In this document: positions 40,271 to 54,172 of the stretch, one piece after another | How positions within the stretch are numbered: the stretch's first letter is position 1 | Layout of the letters: each line of letters begins with the position of its first letter | Assembly: GCA_013239625.1 (NCBI GenBank) | Contig: MU053810.1 | Coordinates: forward strand, 6,916,122-6,980,121 | Source of the DNA: Lama guanicoe | Lineage: Eukaryota | DNA: 64,000 nt | Reading direction: 5' to 3' | Translations under genes and position numbers: made by a program | Notes under the pieces: model-generated | The model's database searches: none | What the model saw: only the letters and a program-made list of their open reading frames with translations | Told to the model about the DNA's origin: nothing

Positions 40271-41694
40271 AAAAAGTATGCAATCAACTGTGGTAACACC
40301 CTACTGATAGACTGATTTTCAAATTGCATTTGCTTATTTGGATGCTGACATTGGACTATTAATACAAAAATAGCTGGAAGAGGAAGACCGATTCAAACAT
40401 TCTTTCCAAATCAGAAATAAATTTAATTGTAACTGACCATAACATGCCCAAAATTTAAAACTCTGGAAAGATGTTTTAAATTTTACTGTCAGAAACATTT
40501 CAAATAAAGATGCTTTAAAGTTTACTGGCATAAACATTTAAACAAGGTTACAAATTATTTATTTATACCTTCTCTAGAAGAGAAAATATAGAGTATTATG
40601 TGCCAACCAAACAAGGAGATAACAGTATTTCTTGGATCATAACTGCTCTATTTGAGGTTGGTTGCTGCTGCTGGTCCTTTCACCTCTGTCTCTCACTCCA
40701 TACCTCCTTGAATTTGATAAAAGGAAAAGAAAGTAGCTCACCTCATCTTTTCTCTCCCACCTAGAGAAAAATCCAGATTAGCTCTTTATTAGTAAGAGTT
40801 AAAGAAAGTTAAAATGAGTTCACTTCAGAGACAGGCTTTCCCTTCCAAATTCCCTTCCAGTTTCTTCACTCCATAACCACTCCATGCCCTCCCTCTACCA
40901 CTGACTCTCACCTCCACAACATGCAGAAGAAGGTGCACTCTCAGAGGATAATCTTCCCAGTTATGAATTATAATATGTGATTGGCATGTATTATTAGACT
41001 TCATAATATTTTCCTAGGGCTCTTTTTTAATTGTAAAACTCAAGAAGGATCAGATTTCCTTGATCTTCATGCTCACAACACCTGTAAAATACGTGAAGCT
41101 AAATGTGTGAAGGAATTCAATAAAATACATTCTAATTGTGGAGTCCTGAACAAGAGACCTAAACGGGATCGTGTTCTGAAGGACCAGCTGAAGGGAGATG
41201 TTCTGCTGTGTTGATATTTCACATGGCACACATGGAACCAAATCATGTTTTCTAAGACATTCTATTCTTGGTTTGGTTTAAGTCCTACATGCCTTTTTAA
41301 AAGCAGAACGAGATGAGTCAGAAAGTAAGTTCCAAAATTCTCTGAAAGTAGGATATAACCTGCAGCTCAAAAACCCCTGGAATCATGGAGTCACCTCAGA
41401 AAACAACAACAAGCAATCATTCTAGTTTAAATTAAAAACATATACTGACTGTTTATATCTTATTTTTCAAATGTATAGAAGACAATGGTAATAAAATGAT
41501 TTTTATTATGTTTTCTCAACTAGCAGATATTAAAAGCATAACCATACTTTAAAAGATAGACAATCACTACTCTGGGAATGCTTGGGACTCCTAGAACCTT
41601 GGCCCAAGTTGTGCCATTTCTTAGCCCAACATTTATTGGAAATTAAAACTTCCACATTTCATTTTCCTTTTTGGGAATTAATGGAGATTTTTTA

Positions 41695-41840
41695 AAGGAG
41701 GGGAAAGAAAGACAAGAATAAGAAAGGGGGAAAGAAAGAGATCAGAGGAAAAGGAAAAGGAAAAAACAAAAATAAAGAAATAAGGAAAGAAGGACAAATG
41801 TAGAAACAGAAGGATGGTAGGGGTGGTTGGAAGGGAAGGC
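41695..41840 (+). repeat. Purine-rich (A/G) low-complexity tract
   Basis: aaaggaggggaaagaaagacaagaataagaaagggggaaagaaagagatcagaggaaaaggaaaagg... Confidence 0.8.
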
Positions 41841-42949
41841 CAAAAATTGACAAAATTTTTTTTAATTATACATTTATACACACTGAAAAACTTTCTATCA
41901 AGAAAATAATCCAATGTTTAACTTGGTGTTTTGATTTTGAGGAAGGGTTTATATGGATTTAGCTGAATAGTATTTGTAAAGCTCTCTATTTTTATGTCAA
42001 AAAGAGAGAGAGATGCAGTTTTTAAAAGCATCATAAGTTCATTCATTCTTTCGAATCTAGATAAGTGACAAAAATACTTGACAATGGTGAACTGAGAATA
42101 ATCACTCATCAATTTGTAGAACCACCTACTCTGAATTCTTTACACCCTTTTTCCAAAATGCATCTTTCACAAATGAAAAACAATAGAAACTAAAGCACAT
42201 AACTAAGTCATTATGGCATGTACAGAGTTTTTATTTGATTCTAAAAATAATAGTAGTTGATTATAGTGTTTGTGATAATAGAAGTTCCCTAAATAAGAAT
42301 TAAAATCATCAATTTTAATTGAACTCCTATTCATTTTTAATTATAACTGCTTACAATGAGTAAATGAAATAAATGAAGAAAAATATAAAAAAATTAAAGT
42401 TTAATCTAATTATCCAAGAAAGTTTTCCGATACTAGGAAGAGCATCATGAGTAACTAGGCTGTGCCTGAATGTTCCATTCCCAAAGGAACATGGAGTACC
42501 TGGCAAGCAATGGTAGAATGAATCTAGATCTTTCTTTTGGGCATGATACGATGATAAAAATTCACTGTAAGAGATACTCTAAAACACAAATATGATATTA
42601 TGCATGAACTTAAACTACAAAGTGCAGCCGTACCAATAAGGTGTGAGTAGCCACAGCCCTTGCCTCAGGGTACTCTTGCATCAGCAACTGATCAGTCCAA
42701 ATTCCTAATTAAGATATAACCTATATATTTTTTTAAATAGCTGATCTTCCATTTCCTCATCCATAAAATTGGAAAAATAATAAGTATTTTCCAGGACTGT
42801 TTTGAGAATTAAATTCACTTATATATATATATGTTTATACACATATGTATGTATACACACACATACATAGAGGACATAATAGGGCAGGCATCTGATAAAA
42901 GTAGCTATTGAATTAATATTAATCATTTTAATATAGCATTATAGGTGTT

Positions 42950-43875
42950 AAAATTAAAATATGTACAATACACTATAGTGGCACATAGAAGAGAACCAGC
43001 TCTGCCTGAAGTGGGGAATAGGCTGCCAAGGGGTCACAAAGGAGCAAAATCTAGGACTCAAAGGATAAGCAGGTGGCCAAAATGGGAAATAGCATGTTAT
43101 TCCAAAGGAAGAGCATGTGCAAATAAATGCACGCACAGAGAAATGAAACACCAAAGTAGAATCATGGATGGCAAGTAGCTGGGTATTGTAGAGTGAAAAG
43201 AAATTTAGATTTGGAAAGTCATGTATATAAGGTGGGTTTCATCTCAGAGATTAAGGAGAGTCACTGAAAAATATGAAGTAGTCAACCACATATCTTTGAG
43301 AATGCCTTTATTGGACACATTGTTGTGGCATTTGAGATGCTATGTGAACATAACTGATGTGGTTTCTGCCCTCATGGAGCTTACAGTTTAGCACAGAAGA
43401 TAGACATAAATAAATATAAATAATAATTTCAAGCATACAAAGTGCTATGGAAAATAGCTAATATTTATAGAGACTATATATGCAAAGCAGTTTGCAATCA
43501 TCATGGAATAATTTCCATTTAAAGAAGTTGGAGGCACAGAAAGGTTAAGAAACTCAGACAATCTGAATCCAAAGCCAGCACTTTTAACTACTATGCAATA
43601 CTGTCTCAAGAAAAAAATACAGAACAATATAATCATCATATCAATTTTTTAAAAATCACATTGGCAGCAGTGCAGACAATGAGTTGAAGAATGAAACTGA
43701 AGACAGGAAGAGAGTACTGCAAAAGTCCATGCAAGAAATAACTTGGATTAGAACTAAGTCAGCTGTGGCAGTTGCAGTATGAATGAGAGAAGAAAAAAAT
43801 TGATGAGATACTGAGGTAGAATTGACAAGAACTCACAAGTGACTGGATGTGGGAGTGAGGAAGAGGGAAAGCTTG
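42950..43875 (-). mobile_element. L2 fragments with an embedded MIR (~43490-43600)
   Basis: ttccaaaggaagagcatgtgcaaa; tctgccctcatggagcttacagtttagc; gaggtagaattgacaagaact...gactggatgtgggagtgagg. Confidence 0.65.
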
Positions 43876-44887
43876 ACACATTGCCACCAGAGAGACCTGG
43901 CTACAAAGCACTTTTGTAACTCAAGATCTAATCAACCCTGATGGAGGAAAAGAGGCGCAGGATTTCACTTCCAGTCATCCTCACCTACTAGCCACCCCCG
44001 TCTCCCATTAGATGCAACACATGCATCATTGTTGCAGAGGTAACAAAATGTTGTACAACTGCCAATACAATATTGAACCTGTTTAAAGAAAGCTCTGTGA
44101 AGTCTTTCACTTAAAAAAAAAAAAATTCTGGGATCTCTGGCTATTTCAACAAAGGAATAAAATACTAAATTAACTTTTCATTTTACATGTACATGCTATT
44201 CATTTGGTCCTAAGAATATCTTGATTGAACACACACAAAAAATATGTTTCCTGAATTCACAGTTCATTAAATAAAAACAAAAATTAAATAGTTGCTGACC
44301 AGCTTACCAAATGATAGAGGAGTAAACTTTCAGACCAATCGTAAGAAGAAAATTTTCAGGCTTTACCTGAATATGCCATTTATTAATAAACAGCACTAGA
44401 CTAGCTAAGCAGACACATTAGTCTTCATATATACCTAACAGCAACAGAATTCTATATAGTTCTGCATGCTTTAGTGTGTAAATGACCTTTAATTTACACT
44501 TAAAATTCCAATATGAAATCTGAACAGTAGAATATGGTATATTCTTTGATACTTTGGTCAAAGCTATTAAAAAATAAAAATAAAAATCCTAAAAATGTCT
44601 TTCTTATTCAAACTAATAAGTGAAATCATACATGAAGATTTTAACCTGTAATGCAGTCACTATAGTTAGAAATACATATCAAACTCAGTATGTGAAATTT
44701 TATTTTAGACAGATTGCCATTTTAACTAATGTGAATCTGAGGATGAAATTGTCAGGAGGGAAGATGGAGGGGAGAAGCAGGGGGCAGAACTCTGTCAGTA
44801 GGATCATCAGAGAAAGGAAGAGAGAGAAAGAACAGAAACCGGGAAGTGGAGTCAACATCAGAATCATGCAGGAGCTGATGAATGCAC

Positions 44888-45395
44888 TAGATTGGACCTC
44901 TCAGATGTTTTGGTCTTGGGACCTCTTTACACACTTGAAAATTACTGAGAATATCAAAGAGCTTTTATTTATGTTGGTTATATCCGCTGATATTTACTAT
45001 TTTAAATATTAAATGGAGAAATTTCCAAAATATTTAATAATTCATTTAAAAATACCAATAAGTTCATAACATATTAACATAAAAGTACTTATGAAAAATA
45101 ACTATATTTTTCAAAAATAAAAGACTCAGCAAGGAGAATATCATTGTTTTACTTTCTACAAATCTCCTTTAAGTCTGGCTTATTAGAAGACAAGTAGATT
45201 CTCATATTTCTTTCTGCATTCAATCTGTTTCTAAATTATATTTTACAAAGCCTCTGTACACCCATAAGAGGATAGAGTTCAAAAGGCAAATATTGTCTCT
45301 GAGTTATTAAGAAAATAGTTTTAACTTCACAGATGTCTTTAATAGGGTCTTGAAAACCCCTAGGGGTTCCAGGACCACACTTTTTAAAAGGTGGC
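44888..45395. mobile_element. Charlie1 (a/b)-type hAT DNA transposon remnant
   Basis: ttttggtcttgggacctctttacacacttgaaaattactgag...aaagagcttttatttatg...gaaaatagttttaacttcacaga...ggaccacacttt. Confidence 0.85.
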
Positions 45396-48244
45396 AAATG
45401 AAAGTGATTTGCAAATCAGCATAAAATTAAAGCCCATAAACAAAGGGGCTTAGCTTGTAAATCTAAGAATTCTGGGTTTCAACAGAATTAGAATTATAAT
45501 GGAACCAAGCTTGTAGAGACAATTATCCACTATCCTATTTCCAAATGTAAACATAGAATCAACTCTATAGACTTTCCTTCAGGTAGTCATGGAATTTTAA
45601 AGCAGGAAAAATTGCTTTTGCATGTATAAAAATTGTGCTGACAAGCCAAAAGTAAAGTTTACTGAATAATTACATAATTAAGATTAGAGCATAGCTTTAC
45701 TTCATTACAATAATTACGGTAAGGTGTTAGAAAGCATTACTGAGGGACAGCTCTCTTTTCTGAAGAGCTATTAAAAAATGAATATCCACATATTTAAAAC
45801 AGTATAAAAAAATTCCTTTCTGGAGACAGAACAATGAACAAAAGCCCTTTTAAATCTCCTTCAGACTTAAGTGTCTCTGAGTATTTTTATCCCATTGAAA
45901 TGAGCTCTGACACATCTGATATTTCTGCCTTTACATACTTTTCTATTTCACATACAATAATTGCTGTAAACTTCTCCATTTATAATTATTCTTTGTTTTT
46001 CCTCTTAATTCTTCTCTTTTCAGTGTTTTGGCTCCAATTCCAGCCACAACTCTCACCTAGTTTCATTCACTGTTCCCTATACTTTTCCATACACCTATTA
46101 AGTCAGTTTACATTTTGAAATACAAAAATATAATTAAATGTTATACATTCTTCTGCATTATAAAGACAACAGCAACTCAAACTATGAATAAGTTGAAAGA
46201 GAGGTGAAAAACATGACTTCAAATGACAAAAAATTTTGAAATAGATGCTTGCACATTACTTTGTATGCAAAAGCATTTAAGTTATTTCAATACTTTATGT
46301 TCTGCTTGTATCATCAACCACCCACTTGTTCTTTCTCAATCTATAAATCCCAGGGAGGGAAAAACAATGATAAATCAAAATTTGTCCTGAGTGAATACAC
46401 ATAAATGACCTGGTAAATATACCCCAAAAATAAGAAGGTGGCAAATAAGGCTTCTTTTCTTAGGAAAAAAAAATCAAGGAATAGAGTTTAACTCTTGTAT
46501 AATACAGTCAGTTAAAGCTTTCTAAATCAGCCAAAGGCTGTAGCTAAGCAACATGATCCTCCACTGTGCTCAAAAAGGGGGCTGCCAAGCATCGGTAGCC
46601 TCATTTCTCACTGAAAGCTTTGACAAGTTTCCACCATATTTTATATAATTGTAGCAAAGGGAGTGCCAGATTAGATCTGATTTGCTGTCATAATGGGATT
46701 TTTTTCCCTCATAAGTTAATGATTCACAGCTATATTTAACCCCTAAAAAGTCACCCCCAGGCACTCACTATATATTCTGATTGCCTCTCATATCTAGAAT
46801 TGGACAAGTAGCAATTTTTCTGCTACTGAATATGACAAAAGCAAAGGTTTAATAGGTAGAGATTTTTTTCCTGATTGACTCCATTATAAATTTAGCTACA
46901 TACGCCAAATCTGTTCACTAACTTCATATTTCATCAGATGCTCTCTCATCAAATTGAAAAGATCAAGAAATCTAGGACTTTGAGTTCACATCCATTGTTG
47001 TATGTTAAGTCAGTCTTCCTGTCCCAGCCCACTCTAGCCTAGCTGTGTGTGCTGATCTCCCACCTTTAAGCTCGGCCACATTCTAATCCCAGGTCACAGA
47101 GAAGTTTGGGAGTATTTAGGTATTCTGTCTTCAGCAATAGTTAGAATCTAAAATGTATTTATATATTATCATAAACACAGTAGATCACCTTGGCATCCCT
47201 GTTCCCAGTGAGTTCCAATCTTCCATAGCCACCTTTCTACATTCTGATTTGTATTCTAATTCCCTGCTAGGAATGGGTCCCTTTCCTTAACACCAGCCAT
47301 CTTAACTGATGCCCAGACAATGTGTACAGCCCTCGCCAACCTCTACCTACAGAGATGGATCTTATCCTTTGGGTCCAGTTTCCCACTGGACATTCCTACC
47401 ATTCCCAGTCACTGCCAGGCATTGAAACAAGAGTACTACCACTGGCAAGAAACTTCTGCTGCTGCCACTCACATACCTACAAGATGAAAGCCTGCTATAT
47501 TGATCCTAATCCAAATTTCTATGTGAGCTTGCCATACGCTCTTGGAAATTTATTTTGGCCACCTAGAGCTAGATCAGTTCTTCTTGATTGGTATATTCCT
47601 AACCAATTAGTTAAGTATAAGATTCCAGCATGCCTCTTGGCTGAACTCCTATGGGTAAAATCACAGGACTAACAGTATCAGCCCATAGGCTGTTACCAGT
47701 CAGTGATTCTCTTTCCAAACTACCATATGTCACTCATAGTACCTTTTTATAGTTTAAACTCCTGAAATACCACTTCTACTTTCACGACCTTAATCAAGTT
47801 ACTTAAACCACTCTTAAGTCTTAGTTTTCTCATCTAGAAAAGAGGAATAACAATAATATATAATTAAGTATGAGATGGATATGTCTTATTTTTTATTATT
47901 AAATAATTATTTTCTTACACAGAGATTGAAGAACAAACTTGTATCAAAGGGATACTTCACTTCTGGTGTCTCATGGACTTTTCAGACTTGGGCTAAAGAA
48001 AACTCAATTATTAGCAAAAATTATCAAAAGTGCCTTTACCTACACCACTCATGAGAGATCTTATAAATAAGATCTTGTAAGGGCTTTTTTAAAAAACATT
48101 TTATGTAGTCCATGAAGTTGACAAAGTAGAAAGCTATAAATTAAGATTTAATGATTCAAAGTACTGCCAATGCAAGGATAATCAGAGCATTGCTTTTGGA
48201 TGGAAATAACTTTCAACTGTTCCCTTTAATATATATCAAAAGTA

Positions 48245-49380
48245 TAAAATCTCAGGGTTGGAAAGAAACTTAAGAGGCACCTAGTCCAACTGTACAGCCA
48301 ATGTTGCATGAAGTTTTTATGAGTCCTGCAAAATTCTGTCAAGTTGTATCTTTCATGTTGAAAATACTAAAGCTGGTAGCATCCTCACCAAGTGGTCATT
48401 TAGGCTAGATGTGATGGCACAACTCTAATGTATAACTTTACAATTTCCTTTTTAAAAAATATATGTATTATTCAATTTTTGAACAATTCTGATTTCTATG
48501 AAGTTCCACTTGCACTGAGCTAAACAGAGCCTTTTGCAATCCCTGTTGGTTTACTTGTAAGTCACAGCTTAGCCCCTGGGTCCTTTCAGTAAAAGTATAA
48601 ATATCCATATGCTAGCTATTTTCATATTTGAAGACAGTTGTTAGATCAACCACAGGTCTTCTCTTCCCTGGAAAAACATCCTAATTTCTTTGATTCTTCA
48701 AAATACAAGGTGTCAAAGTCCTTAATAATACTAATTTTCTCTTCTGAATGGGCCTCAATTTCTATGGTGAATTGCAATTCAATATATTGAATGTTTTATA
48801 TATGTTCTATAAATTTCTAAATTCCTTGTCACACTATTTCAGGTGTTTTCTGCTGAGTTGAGAATACAGTGAGATGTTAACCTCCCGAAATCCAGAGAAC
48901 AACCTAAGACTAAGTTGGCTTTCACTACTGTAGTTTTGCAGTCACACCACACTATTTTTCACATGTGCTACAACTCAGCCATACTATTCTTCCTATGCTC
49001 AAAAGTTAGGTTATTTGATTCATTCAGGATCTTCCTTTTGTTCCTATTAAGTTTCATCCTGATAGATATGTCAATTTATCCAACTCAGCAGTATCTTTTT
49101 AGTCTGATTTTTAACTTCAGATGAATTTATTATTCTTAATTACTTGTTTCTCGTATCATTATTCAAAGAACTGATGAACATTTTGGCCAGCACAAGGCTG
49201 CAAATAAAACCCTATAATAAACTACTTTTCTAGTTGCAAGACAGAAATATTGACAGTGTTTAATTGGTTCCTACATTTGCTTTCAAATTTCAATGTATTA
49301 CCTTTTACATTTGACCATCTATTTGGATTTACAGAATATATTATTTTAAATTGTAAAACATTTACCAATTCTTCATAGTA
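48245..49380 (-). mobile_element. L3/CR1 LINE remnant
   Basis: agggttggaaagaaacttaagaggcacctagtccaac; atatttgaagacag...tcttctcttccctggaaaaacatcctaatttc; ttcctattaagtttcatcctg. Confidence 0.6.
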
Positions 49381-49439
49381 AGATGGTCTGTGACCTAGAA
49401 AATCTTCCCCACACAAAGATTTTCTGATTATCTCAAAGC

Positions 49440-50418
49440 AAACTACTCATTTCTGAACTTGAAGATTGGTTAGGCATCACTCTTTACAAAAAAGGCAAAT
49501 GTTCCAAATATGCTGACCTACTCTATGATGACAAGTGCTTGTCAGTGGTGTCTATGAAGCAGGTTTTTTAAAAAATATATCAGCTACTCCTTCAAAGTAA
49601 ATGTGACATTTTAATAATCCATGAGGAAGCCTTTTGAAGTGAGCATTTTGAAAATGGATATTTGGAAATGTTTTCAGTGTTATGTGGTTTCTGTTGCCAA
49701 AAACTATAAATACTCACATAGCCATACAATTTAAACTTGGAAATAAAATTTCCTAATCTGTTTAAAAATATTCTCTGTGAAAGTTTGAGTGGACTTTTAA
49801 CCTATTCTTTTAAAATATTCAAATGCCTAGCTTTCCAATTAGTTTTCAGGGACCAATTGACATCAGGTAAGATGAAAAACTGCCAGCTGTATTTCTGAAA
49901 AAAGACATAACAAATGGAAAAATAAACTTTGCAAAATTAGTACTTGAGACTGAAAAATGAACATTATAATTTAGCAAATACAGTCAACAATTTATTTCTT
50001 AAATTTGGACTAACATATACTTATGAGGCATATTTTCAACTATGACAGACATTAAAACTAAGTATAAAAATAAACTGAGCTTATAGACCTCTGAGTCACT
50101 GCATTACTAAGTATTAAACTAAAAATTTTTTAAATGATGAAGCAGAATCATAACACTGACCCTGAAAATTTTTCAAAAATTGTAACTCAGTCAACTACAT
50201 TGCTCTCATTAAAGATGTTTATTTTTACAAGATATAATCTACATTAAAATATCATTTCATCTTTATCTCAACCCAATTAAGTTTCCTGTTTTATAATATA
50301 CAGAATATATAACAAAAGATGCATACACTTTGTAGACTAAAAATATACAAATACTCTGGGTGGATGCTTAAGGAATTTTTACTAACAGAGTATATTCAAA
50401 AAGTTTCAAGACCACTGT
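49440..50418 (+). mobile_element. hAT-Charlie (Charlie7-like) transposase remnant with 3' TIR
   Basis: gagcattttgaaaatggatatttggaaatgttt; tatgacagacattaaaactaagtataaaaataaactg; terminal aaaagtttcaagaccactg. Confidence 0.65.
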
Positions 50419-52265
50419 CCTAATGTTTCCTATTTCAAATAATGACTAAAAAAAAATCTTCTAATGGAAACAAAGCAAAAGAAAATCAAACAAAAATGAG
50501 TATCAATTTATTTGAGTCTTTTTAATAAACTATTCTGCAGGAAAGGATTTTGTGTACTCACAGCAAACAATGATATGAAAATAGGTCAAGAATTATTTAA
50601 ATGCATACTGAAAATATAGGCAGGTCCAGGTAGCAGTGACCTGGATCAGTTATGAAAACAGCCAGAATAATCCTGCAATCCAGCTCAGGGTGTCGACTCA
50701 GATCTTATTTTACTATGCCCTTCAAAAAATACTTAGTGGCCTCCTAGACCCTATAACAACCCAAACTTGCTGAGAGATAATTTTCCTCACCAACTCTCCC
50801 ATGCCTTTCTAAAATGCTCCTGAGGCTTTGGTCATTGGTTTCATACCACTTAGCTGTTTCTGACATCAGACTTGCTGTACTAGTTTAAGATAACTTGGAG
50901 GCTGAAAAGTCAATACACTGGGGGAAAAAATTTTAAGTGAAAAGTTTGCCTTAATTATAACTTTGAAATTGGTAATTCCCTCAATTATTTATAAGAAAAT
51001 AATGTTAAACACTGGCAAGATAAAATCACAGTAAACGTGATGAGTACCCTTGTTTCTTGTAATGTGGATATTCATCAAGACAGGTCCTTACACCCAATGA
51101 TCTTGGGGTCTGTAGTGGAAGATTTGTGACAAGGAATAAAGGAGAGGAAAAATGCCCTGGACAAAAGCTTTTCCTTCTGTTTTCTTAACCAGTAAAAAGG
51201 TCAATAGAAGCCAGTGCCTGGTCTCCAATTCACATCACTACAGGGAATGACTGAACTAGTCACAAGTCTGAGGATGTGCCCTGAGTGACCAGCACTGACT
51301 ACAGAAGCTTAGAGAAGCCCAACAGAAAAGTATGAAGAGTTTCAGGCCAGCCCCATGCAAATCACACTACCCACCAAGGGCCTCATGGGCCCAGCCCAGG
51401 ACACCAAGATCTCCTACTCCCAATCCCAGGACTGGGCAAGGAAAGGGGTGGAGGGATCCAGAGTTCAAGTCAAAACATGCATTTTGTAGACTCAGTGTTT
51501 GTTGATGTTATTTTTTGATCACTGAACCTCTTTCTACATACAACACATTCAAATGAGATTCATTGAACGGTCGGTTGTCTTACAGGATATGTTTTTCCAG
51601 TTTCTCTTATAGGAATTGAATAAATACAATGCTCCCATATATAATGCAAAAAGTTAAATATTTCACCCTAATCTTTGTTAACCAGAATAGAGGGTAATAG
51701 TTTATCTTGAAATAAATTAGTTTATTTGAAAGCTTTAAAGAGATGGAACACATAGAAAATTAATAATCCTGATGCAATGAAAATAAATCAATATTCCAAA
51801 AGGAGAAAGAAGTTCTTCCAATAAGACCATCTAGTCAGATAAATAAGGAAGAAAAAACTACACTGAGATTATTAGAGGCAAGCAGAAACTGTAATAGACT
51901 GATAAGTTAATATCTCCTTGTTTCTAGACAGACTGCTTATTGAACCACCCAGGAGCACTACTGAAACAAGACTATACAGAAGTGAGCACATACAGATCAA
52001 TATCCACAATATGACACCCATGCAGGAAAAAATTCCACTCTGGCTGAAAGACAAAGCTCCGTGGCTATATGCCATTGGCATGGAGATAGGTAATCAGGCT
52101 AAAGATATTTATCAAATCAGTGAATGAAATTCATATCTTTAGAAATGTCAGAATCACCCAAAGGGAAGTAGAAACTCAGAAAAGTTCAAAACCATAAGAA
52201 CAGATAATAAAGGGAGGTGAAAAGATCATGACTTCTGTGACTTGACAAGACAGAAAAATTCTCTC

Positions 52266-52607
52266 TACATAATCGGGTCCCAATTTGGGGTGAGAGTGAA
52301 GGAAGTGAAGGCTGTGTGGAAGGCTGGCTACATGGAGGTTTATGGAGATGTGAGAGTGGGTGTGGGGGTCGTGGGAACATGGTGGGGGTGTGTGATGGAC
52401 TTAGAGGATGTGGGTGATTGTGGAGATTTCTAGAGGGATTAGCGGGTGGGAAGGCTGAGGGATATTGTGGTGGGAAGTGTGGAGGACTGGCACAGGTATG
52501 TGTGGAATGTGGGGGGGTGTGGGGAGCTGTGGGAGATTATTTGGGTGGTGGTGGCCTATAGGAACATGTGGATTATGTGTGGCAGGATAGTGGGGCGTGC
52601 ACATGGG
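52266..52607 (+). repeat. G/T-rich low-complexity tract (degenerate TGTGGG-type repeat)
   Basis: Dense gtgg/tgtggggg motifs, very few C on the plus strand. Confidence 0.85.
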
Positions 52608-53061
52608 AAACATTCAATAAGCATATGTATATGTGTGCACACCTGCACATCTGTCTACACATCTTTTTGTGTGTAATGGCACAGATAAGTGCTTCCTGTT
52701 AAATTTCCTTTTGATTTAAAATTCCTAACCTTACAATTGCACTATGTACAACCATCTTTCACATGGGCAAAAATTCAAATGGAAGATGTAGATCACTCTA
52801 TTTATGGGAATAGTCCCTATTTTAAAAGGCAAAAGATTTATACAATCTGAAGAGAAACCAGAGTATTAGCCCCTATTTTAAATAAATCAAGCTAATTTTT
52901 CTCATAAATTCATGGACTCAAAGTTGAGATAGCCCAAGTACTCAAGGTCAGGAAATTTATTGTACATTTGTTTCAGAGAATTTGGGGACCTCACAGATAG
53001 ATCACTGAAAATTAAATGAAGATGGAATCACAAGTCCTCTCTGAAATGACAAAAGACAACT

Positions 53062-53572
53062 GACACTAATTTAAAAAGATACATGCACCCCAATGTTCAT
53101 AGCAGCGTTATTTACAATTGCTAAGGTATGGAAGCAACCTAAGTGTCCACCAACAGAATAATGGATAAAGAAGATGTGGTATATATATACAATGGAATAC
53201 TACTCAGCCATAAAAAAGAATGAAATATTGCCATGTGCAGCAACATGGATGGACTTGAAGGGCACTATGTTAAGTGAAATAAGTCAGACAGAGAAAGAAA
53301 AATGCTATATGATATCACTTACATGTGAAATCTAAAAAATACAACAAACTAGGGAATATAACAACAATAAAAGCAGACTCACAGATATAGAGAACAAACT
53401 AGTTATTACCAGTGGGGAGAGGGAAGTGGGGAGGGGCAACATAGGGTTAGACGGACAAAAAGGGTTATTGTGGGATTACATGAAATTATTTGTATGAAAC
53501 TTGGAAACTATAAAACACTATAGAACTTAAAGAATATTTCATTCAATAGAAAAATTAATTACTAAAAAAAAA
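53062..53572 (+). mobile_element. 5'-truncated L1 3' end (ORF2 C-terminus + 3'UTR + short A tail)
   Basis: aaagatacatgcaccccaatgttcatagcagc...ggaagcaacctaagtgtcca...gcagactcacagatatagagaacaaactag. Confidence 0.92.
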
Positions 53573-54172
53573 GTGACAGTCTTATTTCTAGAAGTATGAT
53601 CTCTATGCCTGTTCCTCACCAACCAGAGTCACGTGAAATCAAGTATGGATAGGAACTGAAAATTAGAAAAAAAAACATCAAATATACACATTTCCTTTCC
53701 AGGTTACTACGTACAGTTTTCTCCTTATTTTCAAAATCACCCTGCCATACTTTCTCTATTGCTTCTCTAGCAGATGGCAGGGTGTCTGAATGAATACCAT
53801 CAATGTTTCAACAAGCATCATACTCCATAAAAATGTGCATAATCTGGTTGATCCCTCCTGGGACTGGTTTCTCACTTCATGGCTATTTTAATTTCTAGCC
53901 CATTTTGAAGAATAGGGTCAGCCTTCTACTAAAGCCAAACTTCAGAAATAATTTTAGTTTCAGCCTTCTCTCAGTCCCCAAATGAACAGTTATTCTGCAC
54001 AAATTTCATTTTCTAATCTTTTTTCAGTTCATTTGGCAACATTCATACCTGCATAGGAGAATTTTTCCCCCCAAGATGCCTCTTGTTCACTTTTCCACAA
54101 AAATACAATATATTCAAAGGTAATATATTTCTGAGCTTCCAACTTCAGAGAACTTTATCTCCATGTTCTTAC

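Larger units (their letters stand above)
1..54172 (-). other. GPR158: GPR158 intron 2 (5' part of a very long intron)
   Basis: Starts at GT donor 54172-54171. I did not find the next GPR158 exon (expected CMPIKGLGFVLGAYEC...) in the window, consistent with the very long intron 2 known in mammals. Confidence 0.85.

Noticed and set aside
52186..52676. Pro/His-rich and Gly/Val-rich overlapping ORFs
   Set aside because: Artefacts of the G/T-rich low-complexity tract.
1..54172. Recursive splice site (polypyrimidine-AG|GT) in the long intron
   Set aside because: AG|GTAAG-like motifs seen on the minus strand (e.g. ~15610, ~31640, ~44366) lack a convincing upstream polypyrimidine tract. My scan was by eye and not exhaustive.
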